A DNA stretch of 64,000 bases from Eledone cirrhosa (GCA_964016885.1 OZ024750.1:30194001-30258000); one strand, 5' to 3'. Shown: positions 38,190 through 51,510, counted from the stretch's first letter. Numbers and translations: made by a program. The notes: generated by a model not told the origin, from the sequence alone.

Positions 38190-38800
38190 ATAATTGTTTC
38201 AAGGCCAGCAATTACCCAGTGTATTACTGGTACTTTATTTTATCGACCCTGGAAGGATTGAAAGGCAAATTTAACCTCGGCAGGATTTGAACTCAGAATG
38301 GAGTTCAAATCCTGCCGAGGTTAACTGTGATAATAATAATGATTTCATTTATTGGCCACAAGGGGACAATATAAAGATAGGGACAGTGAGGGCTTACAAT
38401 AAAATCAAGTAAAAATACACAATAAAAAACAATTAATGAAAATATATACAAATATAAATAATAATTGCTTCTATTTTTGGCACAAGGCCAGCAATTTTCC
38501 CAATACATTACTGGTACTTTATTTAATCGACCCCGTAAGGATGAAGGCAAAGTTAACCTCGGCGGGATTTGAACTCAGACCACAAAGGGCCATAGCTCTA
38601 ATTATAATAATTGTTTCTACTTTTGGCACAAGGCCATCAATTACCCAGTGTATTACTGGTACTTTATTTTATCGACCCCGTAAGGATGAAAGGCAAAGTT
38701 AACCGCGACGGGATTTGAACTCAGACCATAAAGGGCCGAAACTTTTTGCTGCAAAGCATGGCGTCCAATCCTCTACCGATACTGCCAATCCACCACCCTT
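38190..38800 (-). mobile_element. S1 SINE cluster with a Tx1-like 3' end (38338-38458)
   Basis: Three S1 matches; minus-strand CCCCTTGTGGCCAATAAATGAAATC terminus. Confidence 0.75.
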
Positions 38801-38812
38801 AATAATCATAAT

Positions 38813-39140
38813 CATCATCATCATTTTACGTCCGCTTTTTCCCTGCTTGCAAGGGTGGGACGGGAACTGATTCTGGCTTGATTTCTACAGCTGGATGCCC
38901 TTCCTAACACCAACCTCATTTACAGTGAGTGCTGGGTGCTTTTTTGCCGTGGCACCTCCACGACCACTCTGCAGTGGAATGATAGGGACCCCAGTCCCTA
39001 TCATCTTATTTCTACAGCTGAGTAAACTGGAGCAATGTGAAATAAAGTGTCTTGCTCAAGGAAACAACACATCACCTGGTCTGAGAATTGAACTCACAAC
39101 CTTTCGATTGCAAGGCCAATGCTCTAACCACTAAGCCATG
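38813..39140 (-). mobile_element. SINE S2, full length
   Basis: tRNA-like head TGGCTTAGTGG..GAGTTCAATTC, CCTTGAGCAAGACACTT body, GGAAGGGCATCC segment, RTE tail. Confidence 0.87.
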
Positions 39141-39172
<32 letters not shown>

Positions 39173-39807
39173 TGTTTCTATTTTGGAAATCTAACAGAAA
39201 AATTATAAAAATAATAATAATGATGATGATGATGATGGTGGTGATGATGATACTGATGATGATGATGTTTTGTTGCTGTAATAACAAATAATTGTGTAAG
39301 AAAAGTAATCAGGAAGCCCCAGTAACAGATTCAACCTATCGAATTGACAGGAAGAGATGACACAAGATTCATCTGACAAAAAAGAATGTAATAGTTTGTG
39401 AGAGAGCTATTTAGTAGGTTAGTAGAGAAGAATGGACTCTTCTCTCTCTCATTTTCTCTCTTGTCTCCATACTTTCCTATTATTTATAGAAAAATGACTG
39501 GAAGGATAAAACAGTGCCACATTTGTTATGAGTAGCTTCAAGGCTATACAAACTATTGAGTTACAAACAGACTTGAAACTGGGTTACATATTTATTCATA
39601 AACATTACGGAGTTATCTGGTGCAATGGTACTGGACTGATTATAGCCATTTAATAAGAAAATACACAACAAATAGAGTTTATAAGTGACATTAATGAAGT
39701 TGTAAACCCTTTTGTTATCATATTTCTAATGAAACCCACTGCCTATGATTTTCAAACCATTTGGTGTCATTTCATGATTAATCATTATTCAGTAAGTGTT
39801 TGGAATT

Positions 39808-40207
39808 TTAATCCTTTACCATTTACATTACTCTATATTTACTATTTTCATGGTAAACACTTTACTTCACATAAATGTCTCACATAACATTGAATCTATG
39901 TAATTTTGATAACAATACCTTAACCCATTAATGTTAAAACTGGCCAGAATTCTCTACCTCTTTCTGTTGAAACTGGCTGTAACTGGTCGCTCAAACTGAT
40001 GTTAAGGTATTGTTCTCAAAATAAATACTTTCAAAATCTCATAGATTCGATATTATGTGAGATAATTATGTGAGGTAAAGCCTTTACCATGGAAATATGA
40101 TAGCATATATAAAATAATGTGAATGCTAAAGGGTTAACATAAATATGAATAGAAAGAGGTAAGAGAATTCTGGCCAGATACGGCTGGTTTAAATGCTAAA
40201 GGGTTAA
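39808..40207. mobile_element. piggyBac-type MITE nested, inverted, in a copy of its own family
   Basis: Inner element about 39920-40137 is bounded by duplicated TTAA; the outer minus-strand copy resumes after it. Confidence 0.75.
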
Positions 40208-40404
40208 AGGTTCTTGCATATATATATATCCCCATCATCATCAACACCATTTAACGTCTATTTTTCCACACTGGCATGGGTTAGACGAGTTAACCTGTTG
40301 TGAGTAATGCTAGGTCAGGTGACCATGTCATGCTCATACAGGATTAATTTTGGTTTGGTTTCTACAGTTGGATGCCCTTCCTAGTGTCAACCTCATGTAC
40401 AGCA

Positions 40405-40642
40405 TAGATTGAGAGATGATGATTGTTGGATGAAGATGTACCAAGTGTTAACAAGGAAACTGTTGGGTGGAGAAGTACCAAGAGTGACCAAGGAAAACTT
40501 GAGCAGAAATGGTGAGAGCCGATCACAAATAACTGAATCTCACACAGATTATGATGAAGGAATGAACAAATTAAGGGATGCTGTGCTTGAGAAAACCCAT
40601 CCAACTCATGTAAACATGGAAAAACAGATGTAAAATGATGAT
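40405..40642 (+). pseudogene. Decayed RTE 3' fragment
   Basis: DDCWMKM..RDAVLEKTHP, similar to the C-terminus of the intact ORF. Confidence 0.7.
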
Positions 40643-40715
40643 AATCAGGACACACACACACACATGCCCCCCTCCCCCAGCTGTCAACCACATATACATA
40701 CATACATATATATAC

Positions 40716-40770
<55 letters not shown>

Positions 40771-40772
40771 AC

Positions 40773-41480
40773 CATGCATGGCTTAGTGGTTAGAGCATTG
40801 GGCTTGTAAGGGAGGTTGTGAGTTTGATTCTCGAACTGGGTGATGCGTTGTGTCCTTCAGCAAGACACTTTATTTCACACAGCTGAAGAAATGAGTTGCA
40901 ACGTCACTGATGCCAAGCTGTATCAGCCATTTCCTTTACGTTAGACATCATGGACGGTGTGCAAGACATGGTCACCTGACCTAACATTGCCCACAACATG
41001 CATGGGTGACTGCTGGTCTTCCACAAACAACTACGCCTGGACTTGTGCTTCAGAGGGGGAACTTTCTAGGTGCAAATCCCATGGTCATTCATGACTGAAG
41101 GGTGAGACTAGTGTCCAGTCGGCTGACCTTGTCGTGCTCATACGGGAACTGATTCTGGCTTGATTTCTACAGCTGGATGCCCTTCCTAACACCAATTTCA
41201 TTTACAGTGAGTGCTGGGTGCTTTTTTTCTGTGGCCCCTACACGTCCACTTTACAGTGTGGGCTGGGTGCTTTTTTGCCATGGCACCTCTACGACCACTT
41301 TGCAGTGGAATGATAGGGACCCCAGTCCTATCATCTCATTTCTACAGCTGAGTAAACTGGAGCAATGTGAAAATAAAGTGTCTTGCTCAAGGAAACAACA
41401 CATCACCCGGTCCAAGAATTGAACTCACAACCTTTCAATTGCAAGCCCAATGCTCTAACCACTAAGCCATGTGCCTTCAT
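40773..41480. mobile_element. Two opposed S2-type SINEs
   Basis: Plus-strand head at about 40775; minus-strand copy about 41145-41480. Confidence 0.75.
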
Positions 41481-43332
41481 ACATATATAAAGTGGTCATG
41501 TATGTGTCACGACAAAAAGCACCCAGTCCGCACTGTAAAGTGGTCATGTTGGAGACATGACAAAAAGCACCCAGCTGGATGGTGTTAGGAAGGGCATCCA
41601 GCTGTAGAAACCAAGCGAAAATCAGTTCCGTATGTGCAAGTAATGGTCACCTGACCTAGCATTGCCCACAACAGGACAACTCGTCTAACCCATGCTAGTG
41701 TGGAAAAATAGACTTAAAATCGTGATGATGATGATAATATACTTGGCATTGTAGGAATAGATAAACAGATAAAGATAGGTAGACAGATGGGTAAATAGAC
41801 AAATAAGAAGGCAGATTGATAGAAAGATATGTTTCTTTATTAGCCAAAGGGGCACAAAAGAAGGGGACAAATACAAAGGGGGATGTTTACATACAATAAA
41901 AACGTGTAAAATATTATCACAAATGCAATTTAAAAATTAATCGATTTTCCCCAATAGGGGGAGACATTACATATGGGTAACACATACCCCCGAAAAAAAA
42001 ATGTGCAACCCTCATCTCCAGGAGTACAAAGAGATATAGACAGATAAGAAGGCAGACAGATTGACAGAAAGCAGCAGATAAAAAGGCAGGCAGATTGACT
42101 GAAAGACTGTCAGACAGATAAATAGTTTTTTTTTAAATATCTGAAGGTAAACATTTCTGAGGAATTTTTCAATTATAGCAACTTCCACATTTATATACAT
42201 ACTTACACATACATACACACATACATACTTACACACACATTGATACAAACACACACACATACATTGATACATATACACAAACATACATACATACATACAC
42301 ACACATACACATAATTACACACACATACACATAATTACATAGATACAAACATACACACACATACACACATAATTACATATACACAAACATGCATACATAC
42401 ACACACAATTACATATACACAAACATAGATACATACACACACACACATAATTACATATACACAAACATACATACACACACACACACATAATTACATATAC
42501 ACAAACATACATACATACACACACATACACATAATTACATATACACAAACATACACACACATACACACATAATTACATATACACAAACACACATACATAC
42601 ACACACAATTACATATACACAAACATACATACACACACATAATTACATATACACAAACATACATACATACACACACATACATAATACATATATATATACG
42701 TACATTTGATCTCTCTCTCTCTATATATATATATATAATATATATATATAGTATACATATATAATATATATTATATAAAATATATTATATATATATATAT
42801 GATATGCATGTGTGAATATATATATATGATATATGTATATATATATCTATTGTGTCTACCAAACTACACATGCTATCACTCTACTCCTCTCTCTGTCTGT
42901 TTGTCTCTCTCTCTCCAAGACTTCATAACCAACTTTAACACCATCTCAACGGCAAATCTAATATTTGTTTTCCAAAGCTTGCTATTACAGTCTGAAGACT
43001 GTTTGTCTTGATATAGCAGTAACTACGGCAACCACCGTATCATCACTTTCCTACCACCACCACCACTACTACTACTACTACTACACACCACCACCACCAC
43101 TTTCCCACCACCACTACTACTACTGCTACTACACACCATCACCACCACACAACTACTACTGCACCGCACCACCACCACCACCAATACCGTCACCCCCCAC
43201 CCCTACCACCTCCACTACTATCCCACCACTACCGCCACTTCCCCACCACCACCACTTCTACTACACACCACCACTATCACCACCTGATTGAAGCAAAAAC
43301 ATATGTATTGACTACACAACTAATACATATAA

Positions 43333-43470
43333 ATAATTGTTTCTACTTTTTGGCACAAGGCCAGCAATTACCCAGTGCATTACTGGTGCTTTATTTTATC
43401 GACCCCGTAAGGATGAAAGGCAAAGTTAACCTCGGCGGGAATTGAACTCAGATCGTAAAGGAACGTAACT
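43333..43470 (-). mobile_element. SINE S1
   Basis: Consensus match. Confidence 0.85.
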
Positions 43471-43486
43471 AATCAGTTCACAACTG

Positions 43487-43520
<34 letters not shown>

Positions 43521-43525
<5 letters not shown>

Positions 43526-43717
43526 AAAAAGTATGACCCCGACGGCAGAGCTCAAGCCGTTTCGACGGCTATTTCTGGCCGCCAGAAATAGCCGTCGAAA
43601 CGGCTTGAGCTCTGCCGTCGGGGTCATACTTTTTCCTATTTCCCACTCTTCTACCCTAAGTATTGAGTACTCTGGTGCGTTATGGTCATCTGGTTCCTTA
43701 CCACAATTCCTTTGTTA
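43521..43717 (+). mobile_element. Fold-back pLTR module, family C, with the 3' half of a hammerhead
   Basis: Perfect 59-bp arms around C43580; GAAA-CGGC(TTGAGCTCT)GCCG-TC-GGGGTC; extension with ACTC..GAGT; flanked by (TA)n. Confidence 0.7.
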
Positions 43718-43729
43718 TATATATATGTA

Positions 43730-44001
43730 TGCACATGGCTTAGTGGTTAGAGCATTGGGCTTGCAATCGAAAGGTTGTGAGTTCAATTCTCAGACCGGGT
43801 GACATGTTGTTTCCTTGAGCAAGACACTTTATTTCACATTGTAGAGTGGATGTGTAGGCGCCACGGAAAAAAAGCACCCAGCACTCACTGTAAATGAGAT
43901 TGGTGTTAGGAAGAGCATCCAGCTGTAGAAATCAAGCCAGAATCAGTTCCTGTCCCACCCTTGCAAGCAGGGAAAAGCGGACGTAAAATGATGATGATGA
44001 T
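43730..44001 (+). mobile_element. SINE S2
   Basis: tRNA-like head; RTE tail ending in (ATG)n. Confidence 0.85.
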
Positions 44002-44089
44002 ATAACATAATGTGGAGCTAGTCTCTAGAATAATAGCTAGCTTGGACTCAGAAATTGTAAGACATGATGATGATGCAGACATATATATC

Positions 44090-44305
44090 ATCATTATACA
44101 TCTGCTTTTCCCTGCTTGCAAGGTTGGGACAGGTCCTCTTCAGCACAGCATCTCTCCTTTCATCACGGTCCTTTGTCATCTCCACTGTGAGCTTCTGCGA
44201 TCTGAGGTCAGCTCTCACCTCCTCTGCCCATTTTTTCATGGTCTTCCTCTAATGCGTCTTCATTCCACTGGGATTACCTGGCACTTCTTCACCCAGCCAT
44301 TATCT
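44090..44305 (-). pseudogene. 3' fragment of the same RTE family as 15065-18127
   Basis: WAEEVRADLRSQKLTVEMTKDRDERRDAVLKRTCPNLASREK. Confidence 0.88.
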
Positions 44306-44543
44306 TAAGCCCCCAAAGTGGTCGTGGAGGTGCCACGGCAAAAAAGCACCCAGCACACACAGTAAAGTGGACGTGCAGGCGCCATACAGAACTAATTTTG
44401 GCTTGATTTCTACAGCTGGATGCCCTTCCTAACACCAACCTCATTTACAGTAAGTACTGAGTGCTTTTTACTGTGGCGCCTATATATATATTATGGAATA
44501 CTGTTGGCTTCTTGCTACAATAATTTCTATACATATATATATA

Positions 44544-44772
44544 CGTTATTCCGGGTTGAATCGGAGGTAACCACACTAAGTAAGGTACTCAATACATTGC
44601 AGAGTATAAAAGTTTTAATATAGATGAGATTCTACAGGACTAGAACTGTTTCATTCTTTAGAAATCATCAGGAATCATGAGGTTCCTGATGAGAATCATG
44701 AGGTTCCTGAATCAGAGATTCCTGATGATTTCTAAAGAATGAAACAGTTCTAGTCCTGTAGAATCTCATCTA
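44544..44772 (-). mobile_element. Fold-back pLTR module, family B
   Basis: Arms about 44621-44676 / 44717-44772; extension 44544-44620; TA and GA microsatellite flanks. Confidence 0.78.
44715..44767 (+). ncRNA. Type I hammerhead ribozyme (family B); mirror copy 44628-44676 on minus strand
   Basis: GAGATTC-CTGATGA-TTTC(TAAA)GAAT-GAAA-CAG(TTCTAGTC)CTG-TA-GAATCTC. Confidence 0.87.
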
Positions 44773-44799
44773 GAGAGAGAGAGAGAGAGAGAGAGATAA

Positions 44800-45275
44800 C
44801 TGAAACTCCAAGACGCTGCACACTTATGTGCAGTGTACAGAGAATATTACTGCAAGCCACTGCAAATATATGTGTAGCATAAAGATGATATCACTGCTAG
44901 ACATTGCACAAATGTGCAGTATATCGATGATATCACAGGTAGATACTGCAGACATATGTAAAACAGAGATACTATCACCAGACACAGTATATATTGGTGC
45001 AATATATTGATATCACTGCTAGACACAGCACAACACATATGTGCAGTATAGAGATAATGTCATTACTAGATGCTGCACACTTATGTAAGATAAGGATACA
45101 ATTACCAGAAACTGCACACACATATGCAACACAGAGTTTTTTTTTATCACTGCTAGGTATTGCACATATAGGTGCAGTATAGAGATATCATTGCTAGATA
45201 TTGCACATATAAGTGCAGTGTAGAGATAATATCGTTACTAGAAATTGCACACATATGCAGAATAGAGATACTATT
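44800..45275. repeat. Degenerate tandem repeat of about 42 bp
   Basis: Recurrent ACTGCACACATATGTGCAGT..GAGATA..CACTGCTAGA. Confidence 0.75.
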
Positions 45276-45329
45276 GTGGTACCAGCTCTAGAAAGGTTGT
45301 CATTCCTTCAACAAATCGAAAGTGTCCTT

Positions 45330-46160
45330 TCTAACCTTTCTATTTGATTGACAAACACTTTACAGAGTGTACTGGGTGCATTTTATTGTGGCACCAACGA
45401 TAGAGAGGTCGTTTTGTCCTCGACACGATGAAAGAGTCCTTTCTAACCCATATAGTTTCTATTTGATTGACAAACACTTTACAGAGTGTACTGGGTGCAT
45501 TTTATTGTGGCACCAACAATAGAGAGGTTGTCATGTCCTCGACACGATGAAAGAGTTCTTTCTAACCCATATAGTTTCTATTTGATTGACAAACACTTTA
45601 CAGTGTGTACTGGGTGCATTTTATTGTGGCACCAACGATAGAGAGGCTGTTTTGTCCTCGACATGATGAAAGAGTTCTTTCTAACCCATATAGTTTCTAT
45701 TTGATTGACAAACATTTTACAGAGTGTACTGGGTGCATTTTATTGGGGAACCAACGATAGAGAGGCTGTTTTGTCCTCGACACGGTGAAAGAGTTCTTTC
45801 TAACCGATATAGTTTCTATTTGATTGACAAACATTTTACAGAGTGTACTGGGTGCATTTTATTGGGGAACCAACGATAGAGAGGCTGTTTTGTCCTCGAC
45901 ACGATGAAAGAGTTCTTTCTAACCCATATAGTTTCTATTTGAATGACAAACACTTTACAGAGTGTACTGGGTGCATTTTATTGTGGCACCAACAATAGAG
46001 AGGTCATCATGCCCTCGACACGATGAAAGAGTTCTTTCTAACCCATATAGTTTCTATTTGATTGACAAACATTTTACAGAGTGTACTGGGTGCATTTTAT
46101 TGTGGTACCATCTCTAGAGAGTTTAATGTCCTTGACACAAAGAATTCTCTCTACCCTACA
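45330..46160. repeat. 119-bp minisatellite, about 7 units
   Basis: Period 119 (45338, 45457, 45576...). Confidence 0.93.
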
Positions 46161-46351
46161 GAGTGCCTTTCATTTGTCAACTACTTCATCCAATATTTCA
46201 TTCACAATCCAATTCAATCATTCACAAAAATAGCCTATATAATAAATATATCTAGAGATCTCCATGTTAGAATAAAGTTATATATATCTGGGAACAAGTT
46301 ACAATGATGACTCATACAACCCATCCCGCCAGTATGGAAAGCAAATATAAA

Positions 46352-48235
46352 ATGGTGGCAACCATGATAATGGTGGTGGTGGTAGTAGCAATGATGGTGA
46401 TGGTGATGGTGATGGTGGTGGTAGTAGCAATGATGTTGATGATTGAGGTGGTGGTGGTGGTGGTGGTGGTAGCAATGATGGTGGTGATTGTGGTGGTGGT
46501 GGTGGTGGTAGTAGCAATGATGATGATGGTGATGGTGGTGGTGGTAGTAGCAATGATGCTGATGATTGTGGTGGTGATGATGGTGGTGGTGGTGGTGGTG
46601 GTGGCAATGATGGTGGTGATTGTGGTGGTGGTGGTGGTGGTAGTAGCAATGATGGTGATGGTGATGGTGGTGGTGGTAGTAGCAATGATATTGATGATTG
46701 TGGTGGTGATGATGGTGGCAATGATGATGGTGATTGAGGTGGTGGTGGTGGTGGTGGTAGCAATGATGGTGGTGATTGTGGTGGTGGTGGTGGTGGTGGT
46801 GGTAGCAATGATGGTAATGGTGAAGGTGGTGGTGGTAGTAGCAATGATATTGATGATTGTGGTGGTGATGATGGTGGTGGTGGTGGTGGTGGTGGCAATG
46901 ATGGTGGTGATTGTGGTGGTGGTGGTGGTGGTAGCAATGATGGTAATGGTGAAGGTGGTGGTGGTAGTAGCAATGATATTGATGATTGTGGTGGTGATGA
47001 TGGTGGTGGTGGTGGTGGTGGTGGCAATGATGATGGTGATTGTGGTGGTGGTGGTGGTAGTAGCAATGATGTTGATGGTGATGGTGGTGGTGGTAGTAGC
47101 AATGATATTGATGATTGTGGTGGTGATGATGGTGGTGGTGGTGGTGGCAATGATGATGGTGATTGTGGTGGTAGTAGCAATGATGTTGATGGTGATGGTG
47201 GTGGTGGTAGTAGCAATGATATTGATGATTGTGGTGGTGATGATGGTGGTGGTGGTGGTGGCAATGATGATGGTGATTGAGGTGGTGGTGGCAATGATGA
47301 TGGTGATTGAGGTGGTGGTGGCAATGATGATGGTGATTGTGGTGGTGGTGGCAATGATGATGGTGATTGTGGTGGTGGTGGCAATGATGATGGTGATTGA
47401 GGTGGTGGTGGCAATGATGATGGTGATTGAGGTGGTGGTGGCAATGATGATGGTGATTGTGGTGGTGGTGGCAATGATGATGGTGATTGTGGTGGTGGTG
47501 GCAATGATGATGGTGATTGAGGTGGTGGTGGCAATGATGATGGTGATTGAGGTGGTGGTGGCAATGATGATGGTGATTGTGGTGGTGGTGGCAATGATGA
47601 TGGTGATTGTGGTGGTGGTGGCAATGATGATGGTGATTGAGGTGGTGGTGGCAATGATGATGGTGATTGTGGTGGTGGTGGCAATGATGATGGTGATTGT
47701 GGTGGTGGTGGCAATGATGATGGTGATTGAGGTGGTGGTGGCAATGATGATGGTGATTGAGGTGGTGGTGGCAATGATGATGGTGATTGTGGTGGTGGTG
47801 GCAATGATGATGGTGATTGAGGTGGTGGTGGCAATGATGATGGTGATTGAGGTGGTGGTGGCAATGATGATGGTGATTGTGGTGGTGGTGGCAATGATGA
47901 TGGTGATTGTGGTGGTGGTGGCAATGATGATGGTGATTGAGGTGGTGGTGGCAATGATGATGGTGATTGAGGTGGTGGTGGCAATGATGATGGTGATTGT
48001 GGTGGTGGTGGCAATGATGATGGTGATTGAGGTGGTGGTGGCAATGATGATGGTGATTGTGGTGGTGGTGGCAATGATGATGGTGATTGTGGTGGTGGTG
48101 GTGAGGATGATGGTGATGATGGTGGTGATGGTGGTGGTGGTGGCGGTGTTGGTAGCAATGATGGTGGTGGTAGCGGCGGCGGTGGTAATAATGGTAACAA
48201 TGATGATGGTCATGGTGGAGAAGATGATGATGGGG
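46352..48235. repeat. GGT/GAT-derived satellite with a near-perfect 30-bp array (about 47255-48100)
   Basis: Unit GGTGGTGGTGGCAATGATGATGGTGATTGW. Confidence 0.96.
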
Positions 48236-49489
48236 TACACTGATTTAGAAAATAGTTTATGAAACAACCCTGAAATACATTCCTTAAAGACTTCATTTTA
48301 CTAACTTTTCTTCTCAAAACAAGAACAAAGAACAAAAATGAATTTATAAAAACAAACAAAACCATCCACCATAGAAACTGGTAAATACCACCTTAAGGAA
48401 TTTGGGTGCCCGCCTAAAATGGCGGTATCATTATTTGTAATTGCAATGGAAACAGTTCCCTCCCTTAATCTGATATGATCAGCTCTTTTGCTTCTTTTTG
48501 TTTTTAATCAGTATAACGCGAAGCTTAGAAAAGGTTGCAGTATATTTTATAACAGGAGTTGCGACTGGTAGATAGTATCAGCAATGGAAAGACCAATGGA
48601 AACATTGTTTCCTTGGTCTGATTTCACAAGTTCTACCCTAATCAGTAAGCAAATGAGGTCTGGAATCTTGTTGATGATGATGATGATGATGTTTGGAGTT
48701 AAAGTTTGTTGCTGCACTGTCATTTTAATATTGCTTACCCCACAACACCCCCATAGTAGCCAGAGGCTTGACACACGTTATCTATAAATATCTTAAAAGA
48801 TACTTAGATAGGGTTTTGATAAATAATGTAAGTCTGTTTTCTGAATAGTTTCCAAATAACTTCCTAAATCTATTGACTACTTAGTATTGATTACAGAATC
48901 AAAGAGAATACTTATATAGAAATATTTTATGTTGTTTGTTGTTCACAACACCCAAGGGATAACAGGTTTGATGGATAATATTTTATATGGAAAGTGAGTA
49001 CAATTTGGAAGATGTTATATACAATGTAGATGGGAGTTGTATTACTAAATTCATCCAAATATTTAATTTTTTTCAGTATTATTAGGAAATTATAGGCAGT
49101 GTCTTTCATTAGAAATATGGTAATGAAAGAGTTAGTGTTTATATTTATCTAATACCCATCCGTCTAAAAGGAAAAAAGAAAAAAGGAATCAATCAACAAG
49201 TTCCCAGACCTCATTCGGTTACTGAGTCAGGTGGAATACATCAAATTGGACCAAGCAAGCAAGGTTTCCATTGTTCTTTCCATTGCTGGTACTATCTACT
49301 GGTTGTAACACCTGGCATAAAAAGCCACATGAAATAAGGTGAAATAAGGTGTTCAAGGACACAATGCATTGCCCAACCCAGGAATTAAACTTGCAACCTC
49401 ATGGTTGTGAATCCAATTCTCTAACCACTAAACCACATGCCTTCATTCTATCTAAGAACTCTGTTAAATTATGTTCCAAATATAACTTT

Positions 49490-49682
49490 AATAATTGTTT
49501 CTACTTTTGGCACAAGGCCAGCAATTACCCCAGTGCATTACTGGTGCTTTATTTTATCGACCCCGTAAGGATGAAAGGCAAAGTTAACCTCGGTGGGATT
49601 TGAACTCAGACCGTAAAGGGACGTAACTATGCTGCAAAGCATGGTGTCCAATCCTCTACCAATACTGCCAATCCACAGCCCT
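49490..49682 (-). mobile_element. SINE S1
   Basis: Consensus match. Confidence 0.85.
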
Positions 49683-50437
49683 TTAATATCACTTTAACAA
49701 TAACAACTTTAGTTGTATCGCTAAATTTTTTTATTTTTTTCAATATTATTTGCAAATTATAGGCAACGTCTTTCATTAGAAATATGGTAATGAGAGAGAA
49801 AGTGTTTATATTTATCTAAAATCCATCCAACACAATTCTATCTAAGAACCTTTGTTAAACTATGTCCCAAATATCTGTTTAACAATGACTAAGTTAGTTA
49901 TATTGTTAAATACATTCAAATATTTGATTATTTTAAAGATTATTTGGAAGTGATAAGCAGTATATTTTATTAGAAATATGTTAACAAGTGTGTTAAATAG
50001 AACACATCATTTTTACGCATGTTAAGTTAACCAGGTAAAAATGAGATTTCAATTTCATACTTTAGCTCTTGAGAGTTTCAGGTGTTAGGTTGATATAGAA
50101 CAGCCATCTGTAAACTATTTTCCCTAGTACTCCACCACCACCATCACTATTATCACCAGCATTATCATCACCATCATTAACACCCCTACCACCTCCATCA
50201 CTATCATCACTATCGCCATCATTAACACATCCACCACCACCATCACTATTATCACCAGCATTATCATCACCATCATTAACACCCCTACCACCTCCATCAC
50301 TATCATCACTATCGCCATCATTAACACATCCACCACCACCATCATCATCATCACTATCATCACCAACATTATCACCACTGTCATCATTACCATCAACATC
50401 ATCATCATCACCACCATCACTCCCCCACTACCACTAT

Positions 50438-51510
50438 CAGTAACGATGGACAGAGAAATGTGGTAGATGTGATGTCACATATAGTGTCAGCTTGAAGCCA
50501 GAGACTGGTCTGGAACCTGTTCAGGAACTGATTACAGTAACGATGGACAGAGAAGTGTGGTAGATGTGATGTCACATATATTGTCAGCTTGAAGCCAGAG
50601 ACTGGTCTGGAATCTGTTCAGGAACTGATTACAGTAACGATGGACAGAGAAGTGTGGTAGATGTGATGTCACATATATTGTCAGCTTGAAGCCAGAGACT
50701 GGTCTGGAATCTGTTTAGGAACTGATGATGGCAGTGATGGGCAGAGAACTTTAGTGGACGTCATGTCACCTACATTGTCAGCTTGAAGCAGCAAGATAAT
50801 GGCCTGGAATCTATCCAGGAACTGAGGATGGTGACAATTGACGAAGAACTGTAGTGACAACTTGAAGTAGGACACTGGTCTGAAATTTATCCCAGGAATA
50901 AATAAGTGCAATGATGGAGAGAGAAGTGTGGTGGACATCATGTGACATACATTGACCACCTGACTGAGGACACTGGTCAGGAATATATCCCAGGAAGTAA
51001 AGATGGTAATGATGGACAAACAAGTGTGGTGGACATCATGTGACATACATTGACCACCTGACTGAGGACACTGGTCAGGAATATATCCCAGGAAGTAAAG
51101 ATGGTAATGATGGACAAACAAGTGTAGTGGATGTCATATGACATACATTGACCACATGACTGAAGACACTGGTCAGGAATATATCCCAGGAAGTAAAGAT
51201 GGTAATGATGGACAAACAAGTGTAGTGGATGTCATATGACATACATTGACCACATGACTGAAGACACTGGTCAGGAATATATCCCAGGAAGTAAAGATGG
51301 TAGTGATGGACAAACAAGTGTAGTGGATGTCATGTGACATACATTGACCACCTGACTGAGGACACTGGTCAGGAATATATCCCAGGAAGTAAAGATGTCA
51401 ACAGTAGACAAAGAAGTGTAGTAGACACCATGTCACATATATTGTCAGCTTGAAGCCAAATAATGGCCTGGAACTTGTTCAGGAACTGATGATTGCAATG
51501 ATTGACAAAA
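50438..51510. repeat. 97/98-bp tandem repeat with two unit subtypes
   Basis: 97-bp units at 50438, 50535 and 50632; 98-bp units about 50920-51400; diverged units between and after. Confidence 0.9.

Noticed and set aside
43733-43800. tRNA gene
   Set aside because: tRNA-derived SINE head that continues into the SINE body; no proper acceptor stem or terminator.
46299-48267. 630-650 aa Pro/Ser-, Val/Met- and Thr/Ile-rich ORFs (extensin- or mucin-like)
   Set aside because: Trinucleotide-derived satellite, open on both strands, with no unique domain.
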